63,233 nt of DNA from Candidatus Hydrogenedentota bacterium (GTDB lineage: Bacteria > Hydrogenedentota > Hydrogenedentia > Hydrogenedentales > SLHB01). The notes beneath the pieces were generated by a model. It was not told the origin of the DNA, did no database searches, and saw nothing but the letters and a program-made list of their open reading frames with translations. Location of the stretch: contig BTVY01000044.1 in the NCBI GenBank assembly GCA_045863335.1, positions 1-63,233 on the forward strand, read 5' to 3'. This document shows, piece by piece, positions 40,004 to 47,142 of the stretch. The number at the start of each line of letters is the position of its first letter. The stretch's first letter is position 1. Position numbers and translations under genes: made by a program.

Positions 40004-40078
40004 TGCCTTGTGCGCCCGTTTTTCCAAAGCTGAATTCACAGAGCGGACACCGGCGGCAAATTTCGAGAGGTACCCTGA

Positions 40079-40267
40079 ATGTGTAGAATCCGGACGATTG
40101 GCAGACAACGGAAGATGGCGACGCGCGCGTTTCCCCGAGCTGCATTTCGGGTGACTGCGCCGTGGGAGGAGTACAAGGCCTGCGTGGTCCAGGAGAAAGG
40201 TTCACCTGAGGGTAAGAAGGCTTGTTACGAGGCCTTTCGGGAGTCGGCCGCCAGCGAGGAAGAGTAA
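40079..40267 (+). CDS. Array peptide 4 (62 aa, C-x13-C)
   Basis: MCRIRTIGRQRKMATRAFPRAAFRVTAPWEEYKACVVQEKGSPEGKKACYEAFRESAASEEE; GAGG RBS. Confidence 0.8.
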   Translation: MCRIRTIGRQRKMATRAFPRAAFRVTAPWEEYKACVVQEKGSPEGKKACYEAFRESAASEEE

Positions 40268-40370
40268 GCCGCACGCCCGGTGAATCAGTGGCGCAGAATT
40301 CGCGGTGACTCCAATCGACGCCAAGTGCCTTGGCGCTGATTACAGGCCGTGAGTACTAAGGCGTCCGTGA

Positions 40371-40404
40371 TGCCGCCTCTCCGTTATCCGGCGGGGAGGC
40401 GGCA
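40371..40404 (+). promoter_or_regulatory. Conserved 5' hairpin, copy 1
   Basis: TGCCGCCTCTCCGT-tatccg-GCGGGGAGGCGGCA upstream of peptide 5. Confidence 0.75.
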
Positions 40405-40433
40405 ATCGGGCGAAACGTTGGGAGGGTATCATC

Positions 40434-40613
40434 GTGTCTGCTATCAAATGCGTGAGCCGGCGTCGCGACGGGAGGCGCCTCATTCCCGCGCGCGCTTTTC
40501 AAGCGGAGACGCCGAAGGAGCGTTACAAGGACTGCGAAAGCGAGCAGACGACCTTGGGCGGTCTCGCCTCGTGTTACCGCACGTTCTTGCAGGAGAAGGC
40601 CCAAGACAAGTAG
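40434..40613 (+). CDS. Array peptide 5 (59 aa; absent from the ORF track)
   Basis: Hand-translated from GTG: MSAIKCVSRRRDGRRLIPARAFQAETPKERYKDCESEQTTLGGLASCYRTFLQEKAQDK; GGAGG RBS. Confidence 0.85.
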   Translation: MSAIKCVSRRRDGRRLIPARAFQAETPKERYKDCESEQTTLGGLASCYRTFLQEKAQDK

Positions 40614-40692
40614 GACCGCGGATTGTGGGGGGTGTCGAGATTGGTTGAATCCACGGGTTGCGCGCATGGCGCAACGCGAAAGGGGTGTTTAC

Positions 40693-40878
40693 ATGTCGAG
40701 AATCCGATCCATAAGCCGAGTTCCCTTCAATGAAGAACGCATACCCGCCAGGGCTTATCTCCCGGAAACTGATTCGGAACGGTACAAGGCGTGTCTCGAA
40801 GAGCAGACCACGCTCGGCGGAAAAGTGGGTTGCTTCGTCGACTATATGGTTGCGCTTTCGGATAAGAGCCAACTGTAG
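40693..40878 (+). CDS. Array peptide 6 (61 aa)
   Basis: MSRIRSISRVPFNEERIPARAYLPETDSERYKACLEEQTTLGGKVGCFVDYMVALSDKSQL; AGGGG RBS. Confidence 0.85.
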   Translation: MSRIRSISRVPFNEERIPARAYLPETDSERYKACLEEQTTLGGKVGCFVDYMVALSDKSQL

Positions 40879-40915
40879 CCCTGCGGTCGCGAGATTCTGG
40901 AACAGATTCGCCGAG

Positions 40916-40947
40916 TGCCGCCTCTTCATCATAGGGGGGAGGTGGAA
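40916..40947 (+). promoter_or_regulatory. Conserved 5' hairpin, copy 2 (degenerate)
   Basis: TGCCGCCTCTTC-atcata-GGGGGGAGGTGGAA; pairing kept through G-U pairs. Confidence 0.65.
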
Positions 40948-40976
40948 ATCGGGCGAAACGGTGGAAGGGTATCATT

Positions 40977-41162
40977 GTGCCTGCTATCAGATGCGTGAGT
41001 CGTCGCCGTGACGGGAGACGCCACATCCCTGCCTCGGCGTTTACTGCTGAGACACCCCGTTTCCGCTATAAGATGTGTCTCACCGAGCAGAGTACGTTGA
41101 CCGGCAAGAAGGGATGTCTTAGTGACTATATTGATGAGTTGGCGGACGAAAAGAACCCGTAG
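40977..41162 (+). CDS. Array peptide 7 (61 aa)
   Basis: MPAIRCVSRRRDGRRHIPASAFTAETPRFRYKMCLTEQSTLTGKKGCLSDYIDELADEKNP. Confidence 0.85.
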   Translation: MPAIRCVSRRRDGRRHIPASAFTAETPRFRYKMCLTEQSTLTGKKGCLSDYIDELADEKNP

Positions 41163-41242
41163 CGGAGACCGTCCGTGATCGATTTCGTCGAGCAGGACCC
41201 ACGTTTCGGACAAGATAGCGTGTTAGGAGAAGGAGGGGGACC

Positions 41243-41425
41243 ATGCAACGAATCAAACGTATTAGCCGAGTGTCATTTCTGTCGACTTCGATACCAATGC
41301 CAGCGGTACGCGTAGTGGAACCGTGGGAATACTGGATAGCGTGCCTTCTCAAGCCGTCGGCATGGGTGACTGGCAAGAAGCAGTGCTACTGCGACTATCT
41401 TGAGAACCCTCCGTTGGAGGGATAG
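41243..41425 (+). CDS. Array peptide 8 (60 aa, C-x13-C)
   Basis: MQRIKRISRVSFLSTSIPMPAVRVVEPWEYWIACLLKPSAWVTGKKQCYCDYLENPPLEG; AGGAGG RBS. Confidence 0.8.
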   Translation: MQRIKRISRVSFLSTSIPMPAVRVVEPWEYWIACLLKPSAWVTGKKQCYCDYLENPPLEG

Positions 41426-41481
41426 TCACGCGAAGTTCCACATGAAAGCCGTTCCATTGCTTGCGGCATTGGGTTCCCGCG

Positions 41482-41519
41482 ATTGCTGCCTTTTCGTCAT
41501 CCGGCCGAGAGGCGGCAAT
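41482..41519 (+). promoter_or_regulatory. Conserved 5' hairpin, copy 3
   Basis: ATTGCTGCCTTTTCG...CGAGAGGCGGCAAT upstream of peptide 9. Confidence 0.7.
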
Positions 41520-41543
41520 GGCTAACTTTGGGAGGGTATCCTC

Positions 41544-41729
41544 GTGCCTACTATCAAATGCGTGAGTCGGCGTTGCGACGGGAGACGCCGCATCCCTGCC
41601 TCGGCCGTCTTGCCCGAGTCGCCGCAGAATCGTTACAAATCCTGTCTGAACGCACAGACGACGCTGAGCGGCAAGAAGGGTTGCCAGAGCGAATACCTCG
41701 ACGAACTATCCGAGGACAAGAATTCTTAG
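41544..41729 (+). CDS. Array peptide 9 (61 aa)
   Basis: MPTIKCVSRRCDGRRRIPASAVLPESPQNRYKSCLNAQTTLSGKKGCQSEYLDELSEDKNS. Confidence 0.85.
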   Translation: MPTIKCVSRRCDGRRRIPASAVLPESPQNRYKSCLNAQTTLSGKKGCQSEYLDELSEDKNS

Positions 41730-41808
41730 TGGAGACTGACCGCGATCGATCTAGTTGAGCGAGACCCGCGTTTCGGTCGAGAAATTCCGTTAGGAGACGG
41801 TGGGGACC

Positions 41809-41991
41809 ATGCAAAGAATGAAGCGTATTACCCGGGTTCCGTATTCGACAAATCGAATTCCCGCGATCGCTTCCTGGGAAGGAAACGCGCTCTCACACTT
41901 CCAGACTTGCCACTTCTATGCGACGACGAAGAGCGAGAAGAAAGACTGTTACGAGACTTTTCAGTCGGAAAAGGCCGCTGAAAAGCAATAG
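41809..41991 (+). CDS. Array peptide 10 (60 aa)
   Basis: MQRMKRITRVPYSTNRIPAIASWEGNALSHFQTCHFYATTKSEKKDCYETFQSEKAAEKQ. Confidence 0.85.
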   Translation: MQRMKRITRVPYSTNRIPAIASWEGNALSHFQTCHFYATTKSEKKDCYETFQSEKAAEKQ

Positions 41992-42144
41992 AGGATAGAC
42001 GATTGATGGGTTCGCATCTAACCGGCCGTTGCGGGGAGGACTAAGAGGCCGGCTACTACGGCAGCCTTAGCCCAATTGCGGAGAACGCGCTGAGGAATGG
42101 GTCCCCACACGGCAACTGGTCACGACGCGTCATTAAATCTCCGT

Positions 42145-42182
42145 ATTGCCGCCTCTCCGCCATCCGGCGGAGAGGCGGCAAT
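42145..42182 (+). promoter_or_regulatory. Conserved 5' hairpin, copy 4 (perfect 17-bp stem)
   Basis: ATTGCCGCCTCTCCGCC-ATCC-GGCGGAGAGGCGGCAAT. Confidence 0.8.
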
Positions 42183-42209
42183 CGGGCTAAAGCTTGGGAG
42201 GGTATCATC

Positions 42210-42395
42210 GTGCCTGCTATCAAATGTGTGAGCCGACGTAGCGACGGGAGACGCAGCATCCCTGCCTCGGCCGTCTTGCCCGAGTCGCCGCAGAATCGTT
42301 ACAAATCCTGTCTGAACGAGCAGACGACACTGAGCGGCAAGAAGGGATGCCTGAACGAATACCTCGACGAATTGGCCGAGGACAAGAATCCGTAG
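42210..42395 (+). CDS. Array peptide 11 (61 aa)
   Basis: MPAIKCVSRRSDGRRSIPASAVLPESPQNRYKSCLNEQTTLSGKKGCLNEYLDELAEDKNP. Confidence 0.85.
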   Translation: MPAIKCVSRRSDGRRSIPASAVLPESPQNRYKSCLNEQTTLSGKKGCLNEYLDELAEDKNP

Positions 42396-42478
42396 CGAAG
42401 GCTCTGCCTGAAGTGATTTCGTTGAGAGGAAATGCACGTTAGCCGAACCGGGGATTGTGAGATGAAAAGGAGGGGACC

Positions 42479-42661
42479 ATGCAGAGAATCAAACGCATTA
42501 GCCGGGTTCCGTATTCGACAAATCGAGTTCCCGCGATAGCTTTCTGGGAAGGAGACGCGCTCACGCGTTTTCAGACATGTCATTTCCATGCGACGACGAA
42601 GCGTGAGAAGAAAGACTGTTACGAAACTTTTCAGTCGGAAAAGACGGCAGAGAAGCAATAG
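42479..42661 (+). CDS. Array peptide 12 (60 aa)
   Basis: MQRIKRISRVPYSTNRVPAIAFWEGDALTRFQTCHFHATTKREKKDCYETFQSEKTAEKQ; AGGAGG RBS. Confidence 0.85.
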   Translation: MQRIKRISRVPYSTNRVPAIAFWEGDALTRFQTCHFHATTKREKKDCYETFQSEKTAEKQ

Positions 42662-42776
42662 TGGAAAGTGGAAAGAGTTTAGCCGATTGGCGCAGAGTGT
42701 TCTTCAAGCACAATCCGGCATCCCCATGCCAATCGGCTGAGTTGTTGCGAATGTCTACGATTGCTGAGTATCTCAA

Positions 42777-43244
42777 GTGAATAAGCACATGCGAATCTAT
42801 GTGGACACATCAGTCGTCGGGGGATGTCTTGACGATGAATTCCGCGACGGTTCTGTTCAACTTTTTGACCGTTTTCGGCGTGGCGATGCAGTTGCCGTCT
42901 TATCCGATATTACGTTAGCGGAACTGGCTGGAGCCCCTCCTTCAGTGCAGGCGATAGTCGAGGGCTTGCCGGATTTTTCTGTGGAATACGTACGTCAGAG
43001 CAATGAGGCCGAAGAACTGGCGGACGCGTACATACTCGGAAAAGCCGTTCCTCGTCGCATGCGGTTAGATGCCCAACATATTGCAATAGCAACGGTTGCC
43101 CGTGTGGATGTGCTGGTCAGTTGGAACTTCAAGCATATCGTCAACTTGGATCGCATTCGGGCTTTCAATGCGGTCAATTCGGAATTGGGGTAGAATCAAT
43201 TGGAGATTCGGGCGCCGTTGGAGATCTGGAAAGATGAAGACTAA
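42777..43244 (+). pseudogene. PIN-domain protein with a premature TAG at 43191
   Basis: RIYVDTSVVGG, DAQHIAIAT, VSWNFKHIVN; after the TAG the frame continues NQLEIRAPLEIWKDED*, resembling the usual G-Y-x-x-LEIR-x-P-x-E ending. Confidence 0.7.
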
Positions 43245-43407
43245 GACATTCGATTCGGTAAAGCTGATGCGCAAGCTGCGTGAGGAGCTGAGCCGGGAGA
43301 TGTCGGCTATGGCATCTGAGGAGAAGATCCGCTTCATTCAAGAGAAAGCCTCTGCAATGCGCATTCCCGCGTCGCGCAACCGAGCGGGCGAACCTTCCCC
43401 AGATTAA
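43234..43407 (+). CDS. Small putative antitoxin partner of the PIN gene
   Basis: MKTKTFDSVKLMRKLREELSREMSAM..EEKIRFI; overlaps the read-through end of the PIN gene. Confidence 0.65.
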   Translation: MKTKTFDSVKLMRKLREELSREMSAMASEEKIRFIQEKASAMRIPASRNRAGEPSPD

Positions 43408-43450
43408 CTTCTCGATTCGTCGGTCCCGGCCACCAGCGTTTGGTTGTCGG

Positions 43451-44947
43451 CTATCGAGTGCCATTCCCCGCCCAGAACGCATATAACCGCGCGTTCTTGA
43501 GGGTGAACCGGATCCTTACGGGACGGTCCGGCAGGGTCGTGCCGTCTTCCCATTGGACGGCCGCGTCGAGCGAATCTTCCGTGACCGGCCCGGAGCGCGC
43601 GAGCGTCTCGCCGGTGTCCGGGTCGATCAGTTCGACTAGGACCTCGCCGAAACGGCTTTCGAGGTTCAGGCGAAGGTCGCTGCTTGCCAAGCGAACGGGC
43701 TGCGTCTCCACGACGCCGCCGGAAGATGGGGCGTCCAAGGACACAAACCGGTCCAACGCGATCGTTCCAAAACCGATACCGCCTCCGGGTTCGCCCTTGT
43801 CGTCGCCTTGGTAGGGGCTGTGGCGATACGTGCGTCCACCGAAGTAGAAGCGGAGATCGTCTCCGACGCGAATGGGAGGATTGTTCGCCACGGAGGTGTT
43901 GAAGCGATCCCATTCGCCCACGGGACCCACCGGAATGAAGGGCGTCCGGTCGCCGACGCGCGTGAAGGATGCGCCGTCCCGGCTCACGGCAAGCTGGATG
44001 TCAAGGTAGCAGGCGTCCTCGCGGTTGTAGAACATCTGGACGAGGCCGATGTACAGTCCCTCGTAGGGGAACACGTTCATTGAATAGATTTCCGTGCCGG
44101 GCGGATCGTTCGCATCGGCCGTCATGACGACGGGCGCCGTTGCCGGTGCGGTGAAACTCCAGTCCAGAAAATCGGGCGACTCGACCCGCGCTGCGGCCCG
44201 GCCCCAGTAGTATTGCTCCACCCAGGGATCGCTTCCCCACGCGGCCAGCAGGTCCGGCGGCGTGAATTTGGTGCGACCAAAGAGGACGTAATTGTTGGTC
44301 GCCGGGTCCACCATCCAATAGGTGCCGCCGTCGCAGATGGCCTCGGTGGCCCAACTATTGGCCAGGGTCCAATGGATGCCGTCCGGACTCGTCTTTACTC
44401 CGAGCCCACGCCGCTGCCCGCCGTGGAACGGGTCTTCGCTGGGTCCCGAATAATCGCGTTCGATGCTGAGATAGCCCATGACGTAGCGGGCGTTGGGATC
44501 GTCCGCGTTCTCGTCCTTGTGCACGCCGAAGAGTTCGTAGAAATAGGGGAGGTAGTTCGGCGCGCCCTCTGCGGCGTTGCGGTCGATGAGGACGTTCGTG
44601 TCGTTCCCATCGATTTCGTGCAAGCCCTGGGCCGGCTTGGTCCAGGCGATGCCGTCCTCGCTCTCGGCATAACTCACGCCCGAACCGCCGTGATACCACA
44701 TGCGATAGCGATCGCCGTCGCGCAAGACCGAGCCGTACACGATAGCCACCTTGCCTTCCCACGCTTCGGTCGGCCACAGGATCGGGTTGTGTTCGCTCTT
44801 CGTGACCGGCTGGATCGTCCACGTGACGTTGTCCATGCGCGCGATGAGGTGGTCGTCGAGAAAGAGCTGCTTCGTGGAATCCACGACGATGGGATCTTGA
44901 GCCGACGCGGCGAGCGTCGCGAGGATGAGTAGGGGCAGGAAGCGCAT
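43451..44947 (-). CDS. Secreted five-bladed beta-propeller glycosidase-like protein (GH32/GH43/GH130-like fold)
   Basis: KQLFLDD, NPIL, YRMWY, AESEDGIAW, SPDGIHW, SPDFLDW, SRDG repeats. Confidence 0.75.
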   Translation of the reverse strand: MRFLPLLILATLAASAQDPIVVDSTKQLFLDDHLIARMDNVTWTIQPVTKSEHNPILWPTEAWEGKVAIVYGSVLRDGDRYRMWYHGGSGVSYAESEDGIAWTKPAQGLHEIDGNDTNVLIDRNAAEGAPNYLPYFYELFGVHKDENADDPNARYVMGYLSIERDYSGPSEDPFHGGQRRGLGVKTSPDGIHWTLANSWATEAICDGGTYWMVDPATNNYVLFGRTKFTPPDLLAAWGSDPWVEQYYWGRAAARVESPDFLDWSFTAPATAPVVMTADANDPPGTEIYSMNVFPYEGLYIGLVQMFYNREDACYLDIQLAVSRDGASFTRVGDRTPFIPVGPVGEWDRFNTSVANNPPIRVGDDLRFYFGGRTYRHSPYQGDDKGEPGGGIGFGTIALDRFVSLDAPSSGGVVETQPVRLASSDLRLNLESRFGEVLVELIDPDTGETLARSGPVTEDSLDAAVQWEDGTTLPDRPVRIRFTLKNARLYAFWAGNGTR

Positions 44948-44975
44948 ACGTTTCTCCATAAGTTCTATCAAGGGG

Positions 44976-45020
44976 CACGGGCGTCTCGCCCGTGAACCAT
45001 GAACAGGCGGGACGCCTGTT
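44976..45020. repeat. Pair of short REP-like palindromes
   Basis: CACGGGCG-TCT-CGCCCGTG and AACAGGCG-GGA-CGCCTGTT; a related GGGCG-TCCT-CGCCC lies at ~9070. Confidence 0.6.
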
Positions 45021-45026
45021 CTCCTT

Positions 45027-47012
45027 TTAACCGTGACCCGGTCTGCACCAAAGTGAAGCTCCGCTTCGACCGACCTGCCATGTTGCGTTCGGCAGGCTCA
45101 CTTCGAACGCGGAATCCGCTTCCGCAATGTCCAACTCGTGCGCGCTCAATCCCTCGGGAACAGCTTCTCCGCTAAACGGAACGAGCGCAGTCACGAACCG
45201 CGCGGGACCTTCGCCAGTGAAGGCGTAACGCACGGAAGTACGCGGTTCGCGCTTGCCGTAGTACCAGCCCATCCAGCCGTCGCTGGAATCGAGTGTGACC
45301 GGAGCGTTTTCGTCCATCCAGATGAGGATGTTTGCATCGTCGAATTTGGTGCGCACACGTTTTCGTGCCCTGTCGACTTCCACATCTCCGGGCGCCAATT
45401 GATAGTGCACCTCGACTGTTCCGTCTACGTCGCCCAACGCCTCGTCGTACAAGACGAGGAAACGGTGATCAACGAACCACACCGTCCGCCGGTGGGTAAT
45501 ACCCTCGTAGGAGTTGTTCTCCACGCATACGGCATCGAATTCAGGTTCGTCGGCCCACGCGACAAGTCGCCCATCGACGGCCGTGACTTTTCCGTCGACC
45601 GTGAGCGTGTTGTGGACGCGGGTCTGCCGATGCCAGTCGCGGGCTTCCGGGTCATGGCCGTAGGTGTAATACCCGCTGTCGGTGATGAACCAGCGGCCGT
45701 TGGCATAGAGCTCGAAGGTCCCGTTGTCCGGATGATCGTGACCGCTGATCGCCGGCGGCGAACAGTGCAACGCGAAATAGGTTTGCTCCGTCCCCCATTG
45801 GTTGCGCAGGAAATACATGCCCGCTTCGGGGAACGCGTAGCTCGTCTGTTGCGGCAGCTTGTCGCGATCCAGCGTCGCCCGCGCCGCGTACTTGGGATCG
45901 TCCAGCGTCTCCGACGCGTTGATGAGTGTCGAGTACAGGTCCATCGATGCGCGCCGGTCCGGGGTGGGATAGGTGCGGCTCGTGTCGCCAAACATGGTGA
46001 AGCCAAGATCCGGCGTGGCCATGGCGAAGAGGTATTCGTGCATGAGCCGCACCCGTTCGCGATAGTCCTCGGGAATCGGAATGCCGAAGGGCTCCATCTT
46101 CTCCATAATCTCGACCGCGTCGCGCATGACCCCGCGATGGTATCCGCCGGACCATTCCCGCTGGACGCCGTCCGCGGTGGTTTGGGCCAGCAGATTCTCG
46201 CGCGCCCGTTCGAGCGCAAGCCCCATCCAACCGCGCGATTCCTTGAACTCGGGGAAGGTCGACGCAATATTCACAAATCCGCGCTGCTCGAAGATCGCCT
46301 TGTTGTGGATTTTCCCCATGGGCTCCAACTCAGTCTTCTTCTGATGGTCGTACATGCTGGCGAGAAAGACGCCGAGGAATTCCGGCGTGAACGCCTCGGC
46401 ATGAACCATGACGGGAAAGGCCATGCAGAGCCGCGACGCCCGGATGCCCGTCTGAATGTCCAGCCAGGGATAGCCCTGCCAGTTCGTGTATACGGGGTGG
46501 GCGACGTTTCGTTCTTCAAGGGGATGCTTGGCAATCCAATCTGTCGTCAGTTCTACGAAGGCTTGCGCGTATTTCTCGTCGCGCGTCGCGAGATAGGCGG
46601 AAACCAGGGCATCCGCCCAGTGAAACCGGTACACCGCGGCAACCCACTCGATATCCCCGCGCGGGTCCCAGGCCCAGTCCATGTCGTCGCCATAGTCCGC
46701 CTTCTCGTAGGGACCCCATTGGAAGATGTGGTTGACGACGTCGTCCGCTTCCTGTTTCGTGCTTTCCTTAAGCCCCGACTCGTCGACGGGCAACGGGTAT
46801 TTCTCCCGGTAGTGTTCGCGAAGGGCCGTCAGCGCAGCATCCTCGCCGCCGTCAGCCAGGGCCGTCGCCACGGGGCGCATGGCGTCGTCACTCAGGTCGA
46901 GTTTGTCGAAGACTCCTTCCGGATCGAGCGAGGACAACTCATCAGCGAACGCCGCACCAGGGGTCAGGAAGCCCAGTAGCGCAAGACCGTAGACGACAAA
47001 ATGACATCGCAT
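45027..47012 (-). CDS. Heparinase II/III-family polysaccharide lyase
   Basis: DGVQREWSGGYH, FGD, FPEAGMYFLR, GHDHPD, DSG.Y.Y, HNTLTVDG. Confidence 0.88.
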   Translation of the reverse strand: MRCHFVVYGLALLGFLTPGAAFADELSSLDPEGVFDKLDLSDDAMRPVATALADGGEDAALTALREHYREKYPLPVDESGLKESTKQEADDVVNHIFQWGPYEKADYGDDMDWAWDPRGDIEWVAAVYRFHWADALVSAYLATRDEKYAQAFVELTTDWIAKHPLEERNVAHPVYTNWQGYPWLDIQTGIRASRLCMAFPVMVHAEAFTPEFLGVFLASMYDHQKKTELEPMGKIHNKAIFEQRGFVNIASTFPEFKESRGWMGLALERARENLLAQTTADGVQREWSGGYHRGVMRDAVEIMEKMEPFGIPIPEDYRERVRLMHEYLFAMATPDLGFTMFGDTSRTYPTPDRRASMDLYSTLINASETLDDPKYAARATLDRDKLPQQTSYAFPEAGMYFLRNQWGTEQTYFALHCSPPAISGHDHPDNGTFELYANGRWFITDSGYYTYGHDPEARDWHRQTRVHNTLTVDGKVTAVDGRLVAWADEPEFDAVCVENNSYEGITHRRTVWFVDHRFLVLYDEALGDVDGTVEVHYQLAPGDVEVDRARKRVRTKFDDANILIWMDENAPVTLDSSDGWMGWYYGKREPRTSVRYAFTGEGPARFVTALVPFSGEAVPEGLSAHELDIAEADSAFEVSLPNATWQVGRSGASLWCRPGHG

Positions 47013-47142
47013 ATTTCGTATGCACCTTCGTTTTGAGGTTAGTGTACCTTCCTAAAACCGACGGAATAAGGCAAGTATACTGACCTTATTCGGTTCAATT
47101 AAGACAGCTAGCTGCTATTCAAGGTCTGGCGGCCCAGGAAAT

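Noticed and set aside
39308-42661. Array read as a CRISPR array, a DGR target or integron cassettes
   Set aside because: The repeats are protein-coding with ~550-660 bp periodicity; there are no identical 25-45 bp repeats with unique spacers, no cas, reverse transcriptase or integrase gene, and the hairpins lack attC RYYYAAC/GTTRRRY ends.
39308-42661. Peptides assigned to lanthipeptides, ranthipeptides or LprI/DUF1311
   Set aside because: No LanB/C/M, radical SAM, YcaO or C39 transporter in the window and no double-Gly leader; the resemblance to the LprI N-terminal Cys pair is only a loose C..TT..C pattern and the proteins are far shorter.
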